Assembly (NCBI GenBank): GCA_947449135.1
Contig: CANFQO010000002.1
Span: 2,430-66,429, forward strand
DNA length: 64,000 nt
Direction: 5' to 3'
Source of the DNA: Planctomycetaceae bacterium
GTDB lineage: Bacteria; Planctomycetota; Planctomycetia; Pirellulales; UBA1268
Shown here piece after piece: positions 35,560-44,645 of the stretch. A model generated the notes under the pieces. It did not search any database. It saw only the letters and a program-made list of their open reading frames with translations, and was not told the origin of the DNA. Every line of letters begins with the position of its first letter. Position 1 is the first letter of the stretch. Made by a program: the position numbers and the translations under genes.

Positions 35560-36972
35560 ATGTTCTGCCAACCCGATCGACCGCTCAGCCGCCGCGATCT
35601 GCTCGCTCAGGCGGGGCTGGGGTTTGGCGCCCTGGCGGCCCTCGGCGTGCTGGGCCGGGAGGGATTGGCCGCCCATGCCTTGGCTCCTCGCGCTGTGCAC
35701 CACCGGCCGCGGGCCCGCGCGGTGATCTCGCTCTTCATGCATGGCGGTCCCAGCCAGCTCGACACGTTTGATCCAAAGCCGATGTTGGCACGCTATGCCG
35801 GCCAGACGCTGCCGGAGAGTTTTGGGGATCTCAATCTTGAGTTCACCAAAACCTCCACGGCCAAGGTGCTCGCCAGCCGGCGCACGTTTCACCGTCACGG
35901 CCAGTCGGGCCTTGAGATATCCGATCTCTTTCCGCATGTCGCTACCCATGCCGACCGTCTCGCGGTGGTCCGCAGCTGCTACCACACCGAATTCAATCAC
36001 TCACCCGCCCTCTACCTGATGCACGGCGGCAACCGGCAGATGGGCCGGCCAAGCCTGGGAGCCTGGTGCACCTATGGCCTGGGGTCGGAGGCAGAGGATC
36101 TCCCCGGCTATGTCGTCATGCGCGACGGACCGCTGAAGGGGGGCCCGGAGACGTATGCCGCTGGATTTCTGCCAGCCGTCCATCAGGCGACGGAGCTGCG
36201 GAGCGTCGGCGCTCCCATCCTGCATCTGAACAAATCCTCCATCGCTCCCGATCTCGATACCCGCACACTGCTGGACTTCACGCAGGCGCTCAACCGACAG
36301 CATGCGGCGGCCCGGCCTGACGACGATCGCCTGTCAGCCCGCATTGCCGCTGGCGAACTCGCCTTCCGGATGCAGTCGGCGGCGCCGGAGGCGATCGATC
36401 TGGCTCGGGAATCCGCGGCCACCCACCGGCTCTACGGCCTCGACCGCGACGAGACTCGCGGCTTCGGCACGCAGTGCCTGATCGCCCGCCGGCTGGTGGA
36501 GCGGGGAGTGCGGTTTGTGCAGCTCTACCACGGCTGCGGCAATGTGGGCTGGGACACCCACGGCAACAACGACGGCCAGCACCAGACCAATGCCCTGCAG
36601 ACAGACAGGCCGATCGCCGGATTGCTGGAAGATCTGGCCGCCCGCGGTCTGCTCGACTCGACGCTCGTGCTGTGGGGCGGGGAGTTTGGCCGCACGCCCA
36701 CCTCCGAGGGCTCGGACGGCCGCGATCACAGTCCGTATGGATTTTCAGTCTGGCTGGCCGGCGGCGGCGTCCGCGGTGGTATCACGCATGGCGCTACCGA
36801 TGACTTTGGGTTTAAGGCGGTGGAGGATCAGGTGCCGATCCGCGACCTCCACGCCACGATCCTGCATCTGCTGGGACTCGGTCACGAGGAGCTCACCTAT
36901 CTCTTTCAGGGCTTGGAGCAGAAACTGACCGGGGTTGAACCGGCGCAGGTGATCCGCCAACTGCTGGCGTAA
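35560..36972 (+). CDS. DUF1501 (sulfatase-fold) protein with a Tat leader
   Basis: It has the leader LSRRDLLAQAGLGFGALAAL, plus ISLFMHGGPSQLDTFDPKP, GWDTHGNN and WGGEFGRTP...GRDH. It is the canonical partner of DUF1553 genes. Confidence 0.9.
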   Translation: MFCQPDRPLSRRDLLAQAGLGFGALAALGVLGREGLAAHALAPRAVHHRPRARAVISLFMHGGPSQLDTFDPKPMLARYAGQTLPESFGDLNLEFTKTSTAKVLASRRTFHRHGQSGLEISDLFPHVATHADRLAVVRSCYHTEFNHSPALYLMHGGNRQMGRPSLGAWCTYGLGSEAEDLPGYVVMRDGPLKGGPETYAAGFLPAVHQATELRSVGAPILHLNKSSIAPDLDTRTLLDFTQALNRQHAAARPDDDRLSARIAAGELAFRMQSAAPEAIDLARESAATHRLYGLDRDETRGFGTQCLIARRLVERGVRFVQLYHGCGNVGWDTHGNNDGQHQTNALQTDRPIAGLLEDLAARGLLDSTLVLWGGEFGRTPTSEGSDGRDHSPYGFSVWLAGGGVRGGITHGATDDFGFKAVEDQVPIRDLHATILHLLGLGHEELTYLFQGLEQKLTGVEPAQVIRQLLA

Positions 36973-37071
36973 TTCCTGCCGCGGAGTTGCGTTGGTGGTC
37001 GGTCGCCGGATTGTCTTGCGTCACTCTCCGCCATCAACCCGGGCTTCCCAGACAGTCCCTCAGGAAACGTC

Positions 37072-40000
37072 ATGCAGCTGCCGTCCACCTTCCCCACGTT
37101 GGTGCCCATGCCCTCCCAAAGCTGCCGCGCATCTGCCGCGTGGCAAAAGCTCGGCATCCTGCTCGGCGTGCTGGCGACGTGCTGGTGGTGCGCAACGACA
37201 GGCTGCGCGGTGGCCGACGAGCCTGCGGCAGGGCCCTCTGTTGCTGATCTGATGCGCGACGTAAAAGCCCCGGAGGGATTTGAGGCAACGGTCTTTGCCG
37301 GGCCCGACCTTGCGAGGTATCCAGTGTTTGTCGCGGCTACGGTTGACGGCACGCTGTTTGTCTCCAGTGACGGCAATGGCTCGCTCGATCGGGAGCCGCA
37401 CCGCGGGCGGATCCTCAGGCTGCGTGATACCGACGGCGACGGAACCGCGGACGAGGCGCGTGAATTCGTCGCCGATGTCGACAGCCCCCGCGGGCTGGTG
37501 TGGGTGGACGACCGACTGATCGTGCTCCACCCGCCCCACGTCACCGCGTTTCAGGACACCGACGGCGACGGCATCGCCGACTCACAGACCAGGCTGGTGA
37601 ACGATCTTGGGTTTGGGTTTGCCGATCGCCCCGCCGACCACACTTCGAACGGTCTGGCGCTGGGGATCGACGGCTGGATCTACGCCGCGATCGGTGATTT
37701 TGGATTTCGCGACGCCGTGGGGAGCGACGGCCGCCATCTGCACCTCCGCGGCGGTGGGATCGTGCGGTTTCGTCCTGACGGCAGCTGTATCGATCTCTTT
37801 GCTCGCGGCACCCGCAACAATCTCGAGGCGGCCGTGGGGCCGCTTCTGCAGATGATCGCCCGCGACAACACCAACGACGGCGGCGGCTGGAACGTGCGGC
37901 TGCACTCCTTCAGCGGTCTCGAGGACCATGGATATCCGCGGCGCTACCTTCACTTCGCCGACGAGATCGTGCCGCCCCTTGCCGATTATGGTGGCGGTTC
38001 CGGTACCGGGGCCTGCTGGATCGACGAGCCCTGGATGCCGGCCAGATGGAACGACGCTCCGTTCACCTGCGACTGGGGTCGCGGCCTGATCTATCGCCAT
38101 CCTCTCACGCCTCAGGCCGGCGGCTTCACCGCCGGGCAGGAGGAATTCCTTCACCTCACCCGCGTGACCGATCTCGATGCCGACGGCGTAGGCACGATCT
38201 ATGCCGCCAGCTGGCGCGATGGCACGTTCACCTGGACCGGTCCGCACGTCGGCTTTGTCGCCGGGCTGCGGCCGACCGGACGCACCGCCGCCGCAGCGCC
38301 CGATTTCACAGGCGCCGATGTCTCGAAGCTGTGTGAACTGCTGGCCGGCCCCAGCCACCGGATCCGCCTGGAGGCACAGCGACAGTTGCTGCGACGTGGA
38401 GTCGATTCAGAACTCGTTGGCAGGCTTGAGGCACAGGCCACCGATCGCGAGGCGGCACCGGGACCCCGGGTGGCGGCGGTCTTTACGCTGGCACTTGGGG
38501 GCGAGGCGGCTGCTCGGACTGCGTTGATTCGCATGGCAGCCGATCCCGTGATCGCGCCGTTTGCCATTCGGGCGTTGGGCGATCAGTTCACAGCGACTCA
38601 GCCGGCCGATGCAGGGTCACAACTGCCGCTGAGTAAAGATCTGCGACAGACACTCATCGCGGGCTTGGGGGCCGCCGATCCGCGAACGAGACTGGAATCG
38701 ATCGTGGCGCTGACGCGGTCGGGCGATGGTTCTGCGGCGGCGCTGCTGCTGCCGCTGGCGAAAGACCCCGACGCGCTCGTCGCCCACACGGCGATCGAGG
38801 GGGCGGTGCGACTGGGAACGATCGATGAGCCGCGGGTGTTGGCATCCTGCGAGGCGGCTTTGGATGCACAGGGCACCACCGCCATCGCGGCCAGGCTGGG
38901 GGCTAGCCGCGTGCTCGGGGAGCTCCACACTCCGGCCGTCGCCGCGATGGTCGTCTTCCGCCTCAAGCAGTTGCAGGACCAGAAAGGGAGCTCGACAGAG
39001 AACGGCGATCTGCGGGAGGCACTGCTATGGTCGGCTTCCCGTCTCTATCGCCGCGAGGGAGCCTGGCCGGGGGAGTCGTGGGGTGGCCGACCCGATGCCC
39101 GCGGTCCCTATTACGCCGCCGAGGAATGGGACGCTTCGCCGCAACTGCTTGAAGGAATCGTCAACGCACTCGCCGGCGGGAGCATTGCAGACATGCCCAC
39201 GCTGGGCCGCATTCTTGGGCTCCATCGGACTCCAGCCGACAGCATCGTGCCGGTGCTGACCGACTGGGCTGCCCGCGGGCCGCAGGGGCAGTATGCACTG
39301 GCCACATTCTTGGACGTAGAGGGCTCGTGGTGGCCGCAAGCAACCGACCTGCTCACATCGTTCACACAGCAGGAGGACGTGGCCCCGGCGGAGCGTGTGG
39401 CGGCGATTCGCGTTTTGGCCCGCTCCGACGATGCAGCCATGCTCGGCCCGCTCGTGGCCGCTGCCATGAAGTTGGAGCCCACCTCTGCCGAGGCGGCCCC
39501 GTTGCAGCAGTTGGCGCGGCAGTTGGTGCGGGAGAGTGCGGCAGCCGCCGCCGATCCACTGGCCGCGGAAGCACTGGCCGAAGCCGGCCCACGGCAGCGG
39601 GAAATCGTCGACGATATTCTGCTCACGGTGGCGGCATCGAGTAGTGCCAAGAGCGCCGTGCGGGCGCAGGCGGCAGCGATTCTCGATGCGGCCTGGCAGG
39701 CAGGGCCAGAGCGGCGGCTGGCGCTCGTGGCGGCATGCGTGCGGACAGGGTCTCAGGTGCTGGCCGGCAAACTCCTGGCCGCTGCCGAACAGTCGGATGA
39801 CAGCCCGCTGCAGGCCGCCGCTGCCGAAGGACTGGCGAAGCTCGGCATCGACGCTGAGGCGCTCCGTCGAGTGGCCGCTGATGCGGGACCGAACGTGAGC
39901 GAGCGTCCAACCGGCGCCGTGCTCGACCTGATCGATTCCCGCCGCGGCGATCGGGCGACGGGCGCGGACCTGTTCGTGGCAAAAAAATGCGTCGGCTGCC

Positions 40001-40359
40001 ATGCCGCCGGTGTCGACAGTGCCGGGATGGGGCCGTCGTTGGCCAATGCGGCCGGCATCTACAGCCGTCGGCAGTTGGCGGAGAGCATTCTCAAACCGAA
40101 CAAATCGATTGCCCAGGGCTTTGCCACCACGGCGCTGGTGCTCTCCGACGGCCGGCCGCTAGTGGGGTTTGTAACGAGCGAAGCGGCGGATCTCGTGGTG
40201 CTGCGCGACGGGCTGGGCGTGGAGCACCGGGTGCGGAAGAGCGACATCGAGGAGCGGTCGCAACTCCCCACGAGCGTCATGCCGGAAGGGCTGGTGAACG
40301 ATCTTTCTATCGCCCAGTTCGCGAGCCTGCTCGATTACATCGAGACGCTGGTGAAGTGA
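37072..40359 (+). CDS. PVC-type heme-binding CxxCH protein: putative membrane-bound-dehydrogenase N-terminal domain, HEAT-like repeats and a C-terminal cytochrome c
   Basis: The N-terminal pattern is PEGFEATVFAGPDLARYPVFVAATVDGTLFVSSDGNGS...DTDGDGTADE. The middle is a long Ala/Leu-rich helical-repeat region. The C-terminus has GADLFVAKKCVGCHAAG ... MPEGL. Confidence 0.85.
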   Translation: MQLPSTFPTLVPMPSQSCRASAAWQKLGILLGVLATCWWCATTGCAVADEPAAGPSVADLMRDVKAPEGFEATVFAGPDLARYPVFVAATVDGTLFVSSDGNGSLDREPHRGRILRLRDTDGDGTADEAREFVADVDSPRGLVWVDDRLIVLHPPHVTAFQDTDGDGIADSQTRLVNDLGFGFADRPADHTSNGLALGIDGWIYAAIGDFGFRDAVGSDGRHLHLRGGGIVRFRPDGSCIDLFARGTRNNLEAAVGPLLQMIARDNTNDGGGWNVRLHSFSGLEDHGYPRRYLHFADEIVPPLADYGGGSGTGACWIDEPWMPARWNDAPFTCDWGRGLIYRHPLTPQAGGFTAGQEEFLHLTRVTDLDADGVGTIYAASWRDGTFTWTGPHVGFVAGLRPTGRTAAAAPDFTGADVSKLCELLAGPSHRIRLEAQRQLLRRGVDSELVGRLEAQATDREAAPGPRVAAVFTLALGGEAAARTALIRMAADPVIAPFAIRALGDQFTATQPADAGSQLPLSKDLRQTLIAGLGAADPRTRLESIVALTRSGDGSAAALLLPLAKDPDALVAHTAIEGAVRLGTIDEPRVLASCEAALDAQGTTAIAARLGASRVLGELHTPAVAAMVVFRLKQLQDQKGSSTENGDLREALLWSASRLYRREGAWPGESWGGRPDARGPYYAAEEWDASPQLLEGIVNALAGGSIADMPTLGRILGLHRTPADSIVPVLTDWAARGPQGQYALATFLDVEGSWWPQATDLLTSFTQQEDVAPAERVAAIRVLARSDDAAMLGPLVAAAMKLEPTSAEAAPLQQLARQLVRESAAAAADPLAAEALAEAGPRQREIVDDILLTVAASSSAKSAVRAQAAAILDAAWQAGPERRLALVAACVRTGSQVLAGKLLAAAEQSDDSPLQAAAAEGLAKLGIDAEALRRVAADAGPNVSERPTGAVLDLIDSRRGDRATGADLFVAKKCVGCHAAGVDSAGMGPSLANAAGIYSRRQLAESILKPNKSIAQGFATTALVLSDGRPLVGFVTSEAADLVVLRDGLGVEHRVRKSDIEERSQLPTSVMPEGLVNDLSIAQFASLLDYIETLVK

Positions 40360-40406
40360 ACGGGGTGGCCGTGCAGCACCCTGTTGCAGACGGACGCCGC
40401 TCCGCC

Positions 40407-41231
40407 TCAGGCCAGACGGCGTGATTCCTGATCGAGCGCGTCCGTGATGAACCGGATCGCGTCGGGGGCCACGCGTGCTTCATATTCGTGGCAGTGATCG
40501 CCACGAGTATCGCCGCTGACCGCAACGCGTGATTCGATCAACGCCGTGTGTGGAATGCCGAGTGCGCGGAGTTTGCTCTGCAGCCGCGTGGCTCCGTCGT
40601 GCCAGTAGGGGTCGGAGGGATCACTGGCAAACCACTGGTGCCGGGGCCAGTTGAGCGGATGCACGTGGAGAATGGCTGTGTCCTGCCGGGCCCGTTCCAC
40701 GTCGCCGTAGGTCTCCCACAGCGTGTCGTAATATTCACCGTCAGCACGTTCGTCGCATTCCCGCATCGCGAGATGAAAATCGATCGATGGGGCGATGGCG
40801 GCCGACACCGGAAAGACCGTGGGATGACGGTAGGCGATGCGAAGCGATCCCTGCCCTCCCATGCCGGTGCCGAGCAGGGCGATGCCGGGCGGTTTCACGC
40901 CAAAGCGCCGTTCAATTTCGACCCGCACCTGCTCCACGACGAATTGCTCCGGCGAGAATTTCTTGTCAAAGCCGGGCATGATCCGGTCGAGCCACCAGGA
41001 TCGGCCCGTTCGCGGTGCGAGCGTGGGCAGTCCGGCTGCCTCGATCGAATCGCGGAGGCCAGTCGCATCGACCAACATTTGTTCGTCCACGCCATGGAGA
41101 TAGACCAGCGCCCGGCCGGGCAGAGGCTGGGCAGGCTCGTAGACGTCGCAGGCATGGCCGGCGAGTGTGATCGTTGACCAGTTTGGGCGAGCAGCGGGAG
41201 GGCGCACGTGTGGAGCAGGGGAGAAGTTCAT
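40407..41231 (-). CDS. Esterase-D/PF00756-like alpha/beta-fold protein with the nucleophile position reading Gly
   Basis: It has YLHGVDEQ, and the nucleophile elbow reads LLGTGMGGQGS where the family has G-x-S-M-G-G. The codon at 40863-40865 is GGC on the coding strand. The start is at MNFSPAP (ATG 41231). Confidence 0.7.
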   Translation of the reverse strand: MNFSPAPHVRPPAARPNWSTITLAGHACDVYEPAQPLPGRALVYLHGVDEQMLVDATGLRDSIEAAGLPTLAPRTGRSWWLDRIMPGFDKKFSPEQFVVEQVRVEIERRFGVKPPGIALLGTGMGGQGSLRIAYRHPTVFPVSAAIAPSIDFHLAMRECDERADGEYYDTLWETYGDVERARQDTAILHVHPLNWPRHQWFASDPSDPYWHDGATRLQSKLRALGIPHTALIESRVAVSGDTRGDHCHEYEARVAPDAIRFITDALDQESRRLA

Positions 41232-41321
41232 GGTGGGGGGAACGACACGGAACGGTACACTGCCGGTTTTCTCACGGGCAACCTCTGCCCTTTTCTGGCA
41301 CGACCACACGGAAGTCTTCCC

Positions 41322-42611
41322 ATGAAACGATCTGAAAACCGCGATCTTGCCTGGTGGTGCAACGAGGACTGGCTGGCTGTCATCGTCGCCACCGCCCTGA
41401 TCACTGCCGTGGTGGCCGGTTGGGATGTGCGACTGCCGACGCTTCCATGGACGGGGCCAGCCGACATCGCCACCGCTTTTTCGACTGCCAATCTCGAGGC
41501 CATCGCCCGCATCTCGCTGGTGCTCATCCTCCTGGCCACGGCAGCTCTCGCTCCCGGCCTGGGGCTTTTGAATGCACGGCGACTGCCGGCATTGGCAGGT
41601 GGTATCGGCCTGATGTTCCTGCTCGGATGGCTGGCGATCTGGCTGGCGGCCAACTCCCGGGCCAAGTCGCTGGGGATTGAATACGTCATCTGGGCGTTGG
41701 CGACCGGCATGCTGTGGCGGCAGGTGCTACCGGTTCCGTCGTGGCTGTCGGCCGCCATCCGCACCGAATTCTACATCAAGGTGGGGGTCGTCATTCTGGG
41801 CTGCGGCATTCTGTTCCCCGAACTGCTCAAAGCAGGTGTCCCCGGACTCATCCAGGCAGCCCTGGTGATTCCGGTGGTCTGGCAGGCCACCTTTCGCCTG
41901 GCGCGACGGCTTGGCGTCGACGATGAGTTTGGCGTGATGATTTCCAGTGCTGTTTCCATCTGTGGCGTTTCCGCTGCGATTGCCGCCTGCGGTGCCATCG
42001 ATGGCGACAAGCGCAAGCTCTCGTATGTCACCTCGGTGATCCTGCTGTGCGCGGTGCCGATGATGCTGCTGATGCCGTGGTGCACACGGTTGCTGCACCT
42101 GGCCCCGGAAGTGGCCGGGGCCTGGCTCGGCGGCACGCTCGACACGACGGGATCGGTGCTGGCAGCCACGGAGCAGATCGGCGAAACGGCATCGCGGACC
42201 GGCACCGTCGTGAAGCTCTCGCAGAATGTGTTCATCGGGATCGCGGCACTGGCGATCTCGCTCTGGTGGACAATGCGCGACGGAGGGGATACGACGACCG
42301 CCCCCGGCCTCGGCATCCTCTGGGAGCGTTTTCCAAAATTCGTGCTGGGGTTCATCGCCGCATCGCTGGCATTTTCCTTCGTGCTTCAGCCCCAGACGGC
42401 AAAGTCGCTCGACAAGCCGCTCAAGGGGCTCCGCGAGATCTGGTTTGCGGCTGCGTTTGTCTCCATCGGACTGGAAACTCGATTTGGTGAACTCTTCAAG
42501 CTCGGAGGCGGCCGGCCGGCCCTGGCCTTTCTTGGCGGGCAGGCCGTGAACATCCTCTGGACGCTTCTGCTAGCGGTTCTGCTGTTCGGTGGCTGGCTCT
42601 GGCCAGCCTGA
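41322..42611 (+). CDS. YeiH/UPF0324-family integral membrane protein (putative sulfate exporter family)
   Basis: It has about 10-11 TM helices and the pattern KVGVVILGCGI...SSAVSICGVSAAIA...LSQNVFIG typical of YeiH-like proteins. Confidence 0.8.
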   Translation: MKRSENRDLAWWCNEDWLAVIVATALITAVVAGWDVRLPTLPWTGPADIATAFSTANLEAIARISLVLILLATAALAPGLGLLNARRLPALAGGIGLMFLLGWLAIWLAANSRAKSLGIEYVIWALATGMLWRQVLPVPSWLSAAIRTEFYIKVGVVILGCGILFPELLKAGVPGLIQAALVIPVVWQATFRLARRLGVDDEFGVMISSAVSICGVSAAIAACGAIDGDKRKLSYVTSVILLCAVPMMLLMPWCTRLLHLAPEVAGAWLGGTLDTTGSVLAATEQIGETASRTGTVVKLSQNVFIGIAALAISLWWTMRDGGDTTTAPGLGILWERFPKFVLGFIAASLAFSFVLQPQTAKSLDKPLKGLREIWFAAAFVSIGLETRFGELFKLGGGRPALAFLGGQAVNILWTLLLAVLLFGGWLWPA

Positions 42612-42709
42612 GTGCAGCCAACGGCTGCCGCACGGAGTGACTGTTCTGCGGAAAAGATGGATAATCAGTGGTGGTTTACCGCACCCCTTCTCTCGTTTTG
42701 TCTCGCAGC

Positions 42710-43264
42710 ATGCACACTCTGCTCACCGCCGCACAGCTTTCCGAGGGCATCGACCGCTTGGCCCGTGATGTGCGGCAGGCCTATGGCGACTGCCCGCTCA
42801 CGGTCGTCGGCGTGCTCACCGGCAGTGTCGTGGTTGTCTCGGACCTGATCCGCAGGCTCGAAGGGCCCGTGCGGCTTTCGATGGTTTGGGCCAGCAGCTA
42901 TCGCGGCACGGCGACGCGGGCCGGCCGTCTCGATCTGCGTCTCGACCTGCTGCCTGACCTGACCGGTCAGCATGTGCTCCTGGTGGACGACATTTTCGAC
43001 AGCGGGCGGACGCTGGAGGCGATCCTCGCCGACCTGCGGGGCAGGGGAGCGGCGAGTGTGCGGTCGCTAGTGCTCCTGCGGAAGCAGGGCCGGGCAGAGG
43101 TGGCGATCGAGCCCGACTTCGTGGGCTTCGACATCCCCGACCTGTTCGTGGTTGGGTATGGCCTCGACTACGACGGTGCCTGGCGGCATCTTCCCCACCT
43201 CGCCGTCCTCGATGCCGACGATATTGTCACGGGTGGTGCCTCCACGGCCGACTCGCCCGGCTGA
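42710..43264 (+). CDS. hpt: Hypoxanthine(-guanine) phosphoribosyltransferase
   Basis: It has the PRPP-binding motif HVLLVDDIFDSGRTL and the C-terminal motif FVVGYGLDYDGAWRHLPHL. Confidence 0.9.
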   Translation: MHTLLTAAQLSEGIDRLARDVRQAYGDCPLTVVGVLTGSVVVVSDLIRRLEGPVRLSMVWASSYRGTATRAGRLDLRLDLLPDLTGQHVLLVDDIFDSGRTLEAILADLRGRGAASVRSLVLLRKQGRAEVAIEPDFVGFDIPDLFVVGYGLDYDGAWRHLPHLAVLDADDIVTGGASTADSPG

Positions 43265-43351
43265 GACGGTCTCGGACAATCAGCCCAAGTCGGCATTCTC
43301 GGCGATTTTGTTGTCGGGTATGGTTTCTTCTGCCATGAGACACGAGCAACG

Positions 43352-44494
43352 ATGAGATCTATGTCCGACGACGCTGCAAACCTTCCTGCCGCCGCGATCT
43401 CTCCACGTTCCGACAGCCGGCGGTCGATCCTGATGATCGCGCGGGGTCTCGATCCCATCGGCACCGGCCGGCAGATCGAACTGGTCGCCAATGGTTATCA
43501 GACCGCGGGCTGGAATGTGCATCTGGCTGTGACCACCGCGGGTGGTGCCGTCGCTTCTCGATTGGCACGCGCCGGCGTGACCGTGCACCGGCTCTCGTCG
43601 CGACCGACCGTCGACGCTGCGACAGTCGTCAAAGTGATCCAACTAGCCCGCAGGCTCGGGCTCGGCCGCTCCGATGTTGTGCTTGCCTGGGGGCGTTCAC
43701 AGACGCCACTGGCCGCCGCGGTGAAAGTGCTTGTGCCCACGATCCGGTTCATCAGCCATCTGGCGGCGGGACCACGCGGAACGATCACCGGACTGGCACT
43801 CGGCAAGGCCGATCGGGTGATCGCAGCGTCGCAGGCGGTGGCGGCAGCATGCGAACGAGCAGGGGTGGCGAGCGGAAAGATCGACATGATTCCGCCGGCG
43901 GCCACTGCGGCCGCGGCCGCCGGACTCACTCGCGCGGAGATCGCCAGTCGTCTGGGCCTCAACCCCGGCACCATCTGGACGCTCTGCGTGGCGCCTCTCG
44001 TGCCGGAGGCGCGGCTCGAACGGCTGCTCTGGGCGATCGACCAACTGGGGGTCGTGCACCGCCGGCTCGAGCATGTGCTCGTGGGAGCCGGACCGCTGCG
44101 GGCCCGGACGTTGAGGCGCGCTCGTGTGCAACACCTTGCCGAACGACTTCATCTTTTTCCGCATCTCGACTGCCTGCCCGACCTGCTGCGGGAGGTGCGG
44201 CTCGTCTGGCAGTCGGGAGAGGTCGCCTGCGGCGGCGCGATTCTGGACGGGATGGCCCTGGGCATCCCTGCGGTCGCGGTGGCGAGCGACTCGGCACGGC
44301 AGTTGATCGTCGATGGCGAAACCGGTCGGATCGTGACGGCCGAGCCGGAGAGCGATTTTCCACGGCGGTCGCTAGGCATCATCGAGGATGACGACCTGGC
44401 TGCACGATACGGCAATGCTGCTCGAGCGCGAGCCGTCGCCGAGTTTCCAGCAGACCGGATGGTCGCGGCGGTCATCGCGGCATGCGACGGATAG
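43352..44494 (+). CDS. GT4-family (GT-B fold) glycosyltransferase
   Basis: The C-terminal EX7E-type region is GGAILDGMALGIPAVAVASDSARQLIVDGETGRIV. The N-terminal Rossmann pattern is ILMIARGLDPIGTG. Confidence 0.85.
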   Translation: MRSMSDDAANLPAAAISPRSDSRRSILMIARGLDPIGTGRQIELVANGYQTAGWNVHLAVTTAGGAVASRLARAGVTVHRLSSRPTVDAATVVKVIQLARRLGLGRSDVVLAWGRSQTPLAAAVKVLVPTIRFISHLAAGPRGTITGLALGKADRVIAASQAVAAACERAGVASGKIDMIPPAATAAAAAGLTRAEIASRLGLNPGTIWTLCVAPLVPEARLERLLWAIDQLGVVHRRLEHVLVGAGPLRARTLRRARVQHLAERLHLFPHLDCLPDLLREVRLVWQSGEVACGGAILDGMALGIPAVAVASDSARQLIVDGETGRIVTAEPESDFPRRSLGIIEDDDLAARYGNAARARAVAEFPADRMVAAVIAACDG

Positions 44495-44591
44495 ATCGTA
44501 TAGAGGTTTACTCAAACGGCTTCTCGAAACGTCGGAGGAGCCGGGGGTCGGGGGAAGCCGAAGCGAGTTGGCGTATCCTCGCCCCGAGTCG

Positions 44592-44615
44592 GAGGCTTTC
44601 ACCGCCCCCGGCGGC
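44592..44615 (-). repeat. GC-rich post-stop motif, copy 3 (minus sense GCCGCCGGGGGCGGTGAAAGCCTC)
   Basis: About 20 of 24 nt match the core of copies 1 and 2. It starts 30 nt downstream of the fhcA stop in gene sense. CCGGGGG can pair with a downstream CCCCCGG. Confidence 0.3.
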
Positions 44616-44645
44616 TTGGGCCACGTGGCACCGACACACTATGTC

